From Styela clava (Eukaryota): 64,000 bases of DNA. The notes below the pieces were generated by a model. That model ran no database searches and had not been told where the DNA came from. It saw only the letters and a list, made by a program, of their open reading frames with translations. The DNA lies in assembly GCF_964204865.1 (NCBI RefSeq), contig NC_135252.1:17732001-17796000 (forward strand), in the 5' to 3' direction. Position numbers and translations under genes: made by a program. Shown here piece by piece: positions 60,306-64,000 of this stretch (the first letter of the stretch is position 1; each line of letters opens with the position of its first letter).

Positions 60306-63300
60306 CATACCATCGGCACTATCACATCTCTCGAGCTGCAAAAGTTTTTAATATATTGATCGATTCAATTCAAACGAATGTTCTCATTATATGTTAAATT
60401 TCAGCTAGATAGTTCAACTCATTACATAAATAATAAAAATCCATTCGACTGAAATTTACAATATTTACTATAGCATATATACGGATGTGTACGAATAGAA
60501 AATTTTGTTCTATATCAGTTATCCATGTTTATTAAAATATGAATGGATTTAATTTCCATTATTTACAAAATGTATATATTTTATTATAAAACGATCTTTC
60601 TCACGAAATTTGAATAAATATAGTCATTCAATGAAATTGTATTTGACTTCATTTTACACAGGTTGGCCTCACAATTTACCGCAGAGGGGAGAGAGATTAT
60701 GTGTGTGTGTGGTACCGACAACCTGCTCTCTATGTTTTCGAAAATTTTATTTTTCAAAACCAAAAGATTTGATCACGGATGTTTGACATGATAATATTGC
60801 GAAGATATTTAAAATGATGACGTCGTATTACGATTAAGAAGGCTTACTCCGGAGTCAAATATAACTGCAGATGGTAAATTGGGGTCTTCATACTCCGGAC
60901 TTGAGCTTGGGGCCTAAACACAAAGCTGAAAATAGCACCCACATTTACTCATCTTGTCGCAAGCATGCAAACAAGTATCTTATATAATTCAATCGAATTC
61001 ACCATACGGCAGTTCATTATAATGAAATAAAATACAACAACAATTATTTAATTCAATACAATATCACGGGCTTGTCAGATTACGCAATATTGCATCTTTT
61101 TCGAGACATTGATATCGCTCTGTTCATCTCAAGATTTGGTTTTCTGAACTCAAACCGCCGAATTGGGTCAAATTAATCGCCACTTGATGGCGTTTACAAT
61201 GCCCCTGTTTAAATCGCGATTAGGTAACTTTTTGTGAATTCTTCAGTCCAACGGCTGATTGCAGTATTATTCGTGATTAGGTCGACTTTGGTCCTGCGTC
61301 GATTACCTCCTATTTTGAATTTTGAATTCAAACCCTCTTTGACTCACCTAAAAGTAATTAATTTGTCACGTGACTTTGTAAAAAATCAGGGAAATCCAAA
61401 ATTTGTGCACATATTTGTTCAATGAAAATACTTCGAATAAAGTGTGCCTTTATTATTTTTTATAAGCATGGGGGACGAATAAGCAATATATTTTGTTTAT
61501 TAACTAATAATCGACATTCAAAAAATTTTTTTTATTTCATTTGTAAGTAACAGATACTCACAGATTAGATACGCAAAAAATGTCTTAAATTTTGTGAATA
61601 TTTTTATAGTGTGCACATGTGTCTAATTAGCGATCTTTCGAAACATTTTTGTAAATAACCAAAGCAAACTTCATCCATAATTACGAATATGCCTGACATA
61701 TTCAGTATTGTTTCGATAGGTCTTTGATGTCGTGGGAATATCTAGTCGTGTGACCATATTTCTGTCGCTATATATATTTCCGAATCAGCATTGTTGAATT
61801 GGCTCCGAATTAGGCGAGACAAAGGGGAAGTCCCATATTGGGTTACAAAAACGAGTATTTCGTCGGAGATGATAAAATGGCCACTCTCGCCCAAGCGTGA
61901 AATATAAAGAGCTTAAACAATAGGTCGAATGGTTTAGAAATATAACGCTTGGCAAGTAACATAGGCTACGAGGATCCCTCGAAGCTGTAATACGCTTTTA
62001 TAAAACCTAATATCCTCGAAAAATGTGTTTACTGTCTGATTGAGCTCGACCTATGAGGGCAACCACGGTGCCATGTGATACTCTGAGTCTTTTAACAGGG
62101 TGTGTGGGAAAGTAAGATATTCTCTGTGTTAAAATTGTGTTTATGAATGATGTCATTAGATTTCTGTCGCGTGTAGACGTTCCCAGGATTATGATGATTG
62201 AAAAAATATCGTTGCAATTTTAAGATTTTTTTTCTATATAGACAGGGGTCATTGATATGCATTTCCGACATAACTTATTTTGGAACGAGTCTGCCAAAAT
62301 TGTACAAACTAGATACGGAATATTATAATAGAAGTTAAACTATTTGAAATACAATTACTTATAATCGCAGAAATAGAAATACGTTTATTAGAATTGACCG
62401 TTAATTAGGAGAGCTCACAGGATAGGTTCTTGTGTGGCTCATGCCTCGTCTAAGGTATTTTGTAATTGGCATTCGAGTTAACTTATATAACTTTATAACA
62501 GAAGTTAGGAGAAAAGGATCTGTGTGTTAGATATATTTCAATTGCTGCAAGTAGTTTCACAAAATAGCGTCTCGGGTGAACCGCCTTAGCTCTGTTATGG
62601 ACAAACTATATTGCAAATTACTTTGCAATGATGATTTTCCATAAGTTATGGGCGAACAACACTTTACCTGGAATAATATTAACTATTTGAGAAAAACAAT
62701 TCAGTCGCGATTTATCGGAAATTTAACAGACAACATGTTACAATATTTGTAATATAATATACCTCGTTCGTTTCTAACAACACGCTGGGTTAAGTCACAC
62801 GGGAAAAAGTGATTTTTTAATTATTTGTCGAGTTTAATAGCTTAAGTTTGCGACAAAAGTTAATAATTCGGAATCGCCGACTTTTAATAAACAAAAAAAT
62901 AATCTATGTTTAGCTTCCCCAAAATAAGGTTTCTTGTTACAGAAAGAAACAAACAAGAGTACCGAGGAATTTAATATTTTTCGTGGCGTCGAAATGAAAA
63001 TTTTAATCGTTAAACGACGGTTTAAAAATCTAGTAAATTTACTTGAATAGATCTATAATTGTATCATTAAAATTGTGTGCTAAGAGAGTTTAAAATCATA
63101 TACCGATCAATGATGATACGGAATTAAATCGAGACTTGTAATTATGGCTGATGTTTGACTGAGCAAGACAAAAAAGTTGTTTGAATTACGCATATTTTCA
63201 ATAAAATTTTCGCGTTTTTGTAAAAGCATAGCGGTATGTGTAATTTTTAGAAAGCATGTTAAGATCAAGGGCGTAACATTGCAGGTTTATGTGAGAGTGT

Positions 63301-64000
63301 TACAGTGTTTTTGAATCGAACCGTACAAAATATGATCCGAATGTCAGACCGCAGATGTCTTCATTTTCGCGAGGCCCCACACCGCACTTACCTGGAATCG
63401 TAACGTATCCTAGATCACTTGCTAAGTGTTGGCACATAGCCCTGAGAATTGTATTTTTAATATTGGATACTTTGAAATAAAAAATGTTTAGTATTTTACA
63501 GTTAATTGAAAAGATGTTCAAGGATACTTGATGCTCGTAAAATGATATGGTTTTTAATTGTACAAAAAAGAGCATGTTTAATTCATAACAATATTAAATT
63601 TTTGTATAATCAAATGCTAGAACGTTAGTATGTTCCACATGGGTCAAGGATTACAGAAGTTTTGTAAACACATTCTATCTTTGGCACAATTTGTACCTTT
63701 GTTTGTGGAAAAGATTAATTTTTCCCCGCTAGGAATGTGGTTTATGCGCCGCGGAAACCTCGTCCTAAACCTTCGTGTTTATGCTCAACAAGCTTGGGCA
63801 TCACGGGTCGCGAACATGTTGCCACTGGGAATCGATTTCCTTGACCTTGAAAGACTAAATGTGGGAAAATAAGTCATAACAAGGAATTTGATGTGAATTA
63901 TCGACTTCATAACATTTTATTTGGACAAATAGTTTTTGTGAAAAAAATATTGGTATTTCGATACTAAGGTGAATAGATAGGTTATGAATTTTAAAAATGA

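Noticed and set aside
60400-64000. Genes upstream of actin
   Set aside because: Only short ORFs with no motifs and no consistent splice structure.

Overview
AT-rich, intron-containing eukaryotic genomic DNA, most likely a stolidobranch ascidian (Styela/Halocynthia-like), inferred from the larval-type muscle actin N-terminus [23 protein letters not shown]. Exons were assembled by hand from splice signals and phase. Left to right: (1) the 5' part of an Enhancer of Polycomb homolog (EPC, minus strand, running off the left edge), with a candidate uORF in its leader; (2) a 4-exon gene for a ~102-aa, ~25% histidine protein with no family I recognise; (3) a 12-exon secreted TSP1-kringle-trypsin protease with His at the activation site; (4) tRNA-Glu(TTC); (5) four intact paralogous P-loop sulfotransferase-like genes (Sulfotransfer_4-type) with C-terminal hydrophobic tails, arranged as two divergent pairs; (6) a muscle actin gene with a compact TATA/E-box/CArG promoter. 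Introns and intergenic DNA contain many non-autonomous DNA transposons: hAT-type elements with 8-bp TSDs, a palindromic GG-ended MITE family, and DINE/HINE-like repeats. The best candidates for novel biology are the tail-anchored sulfotransferase cluster, the His-rich protein, the His-P1 zymogen and the EPC uORF.
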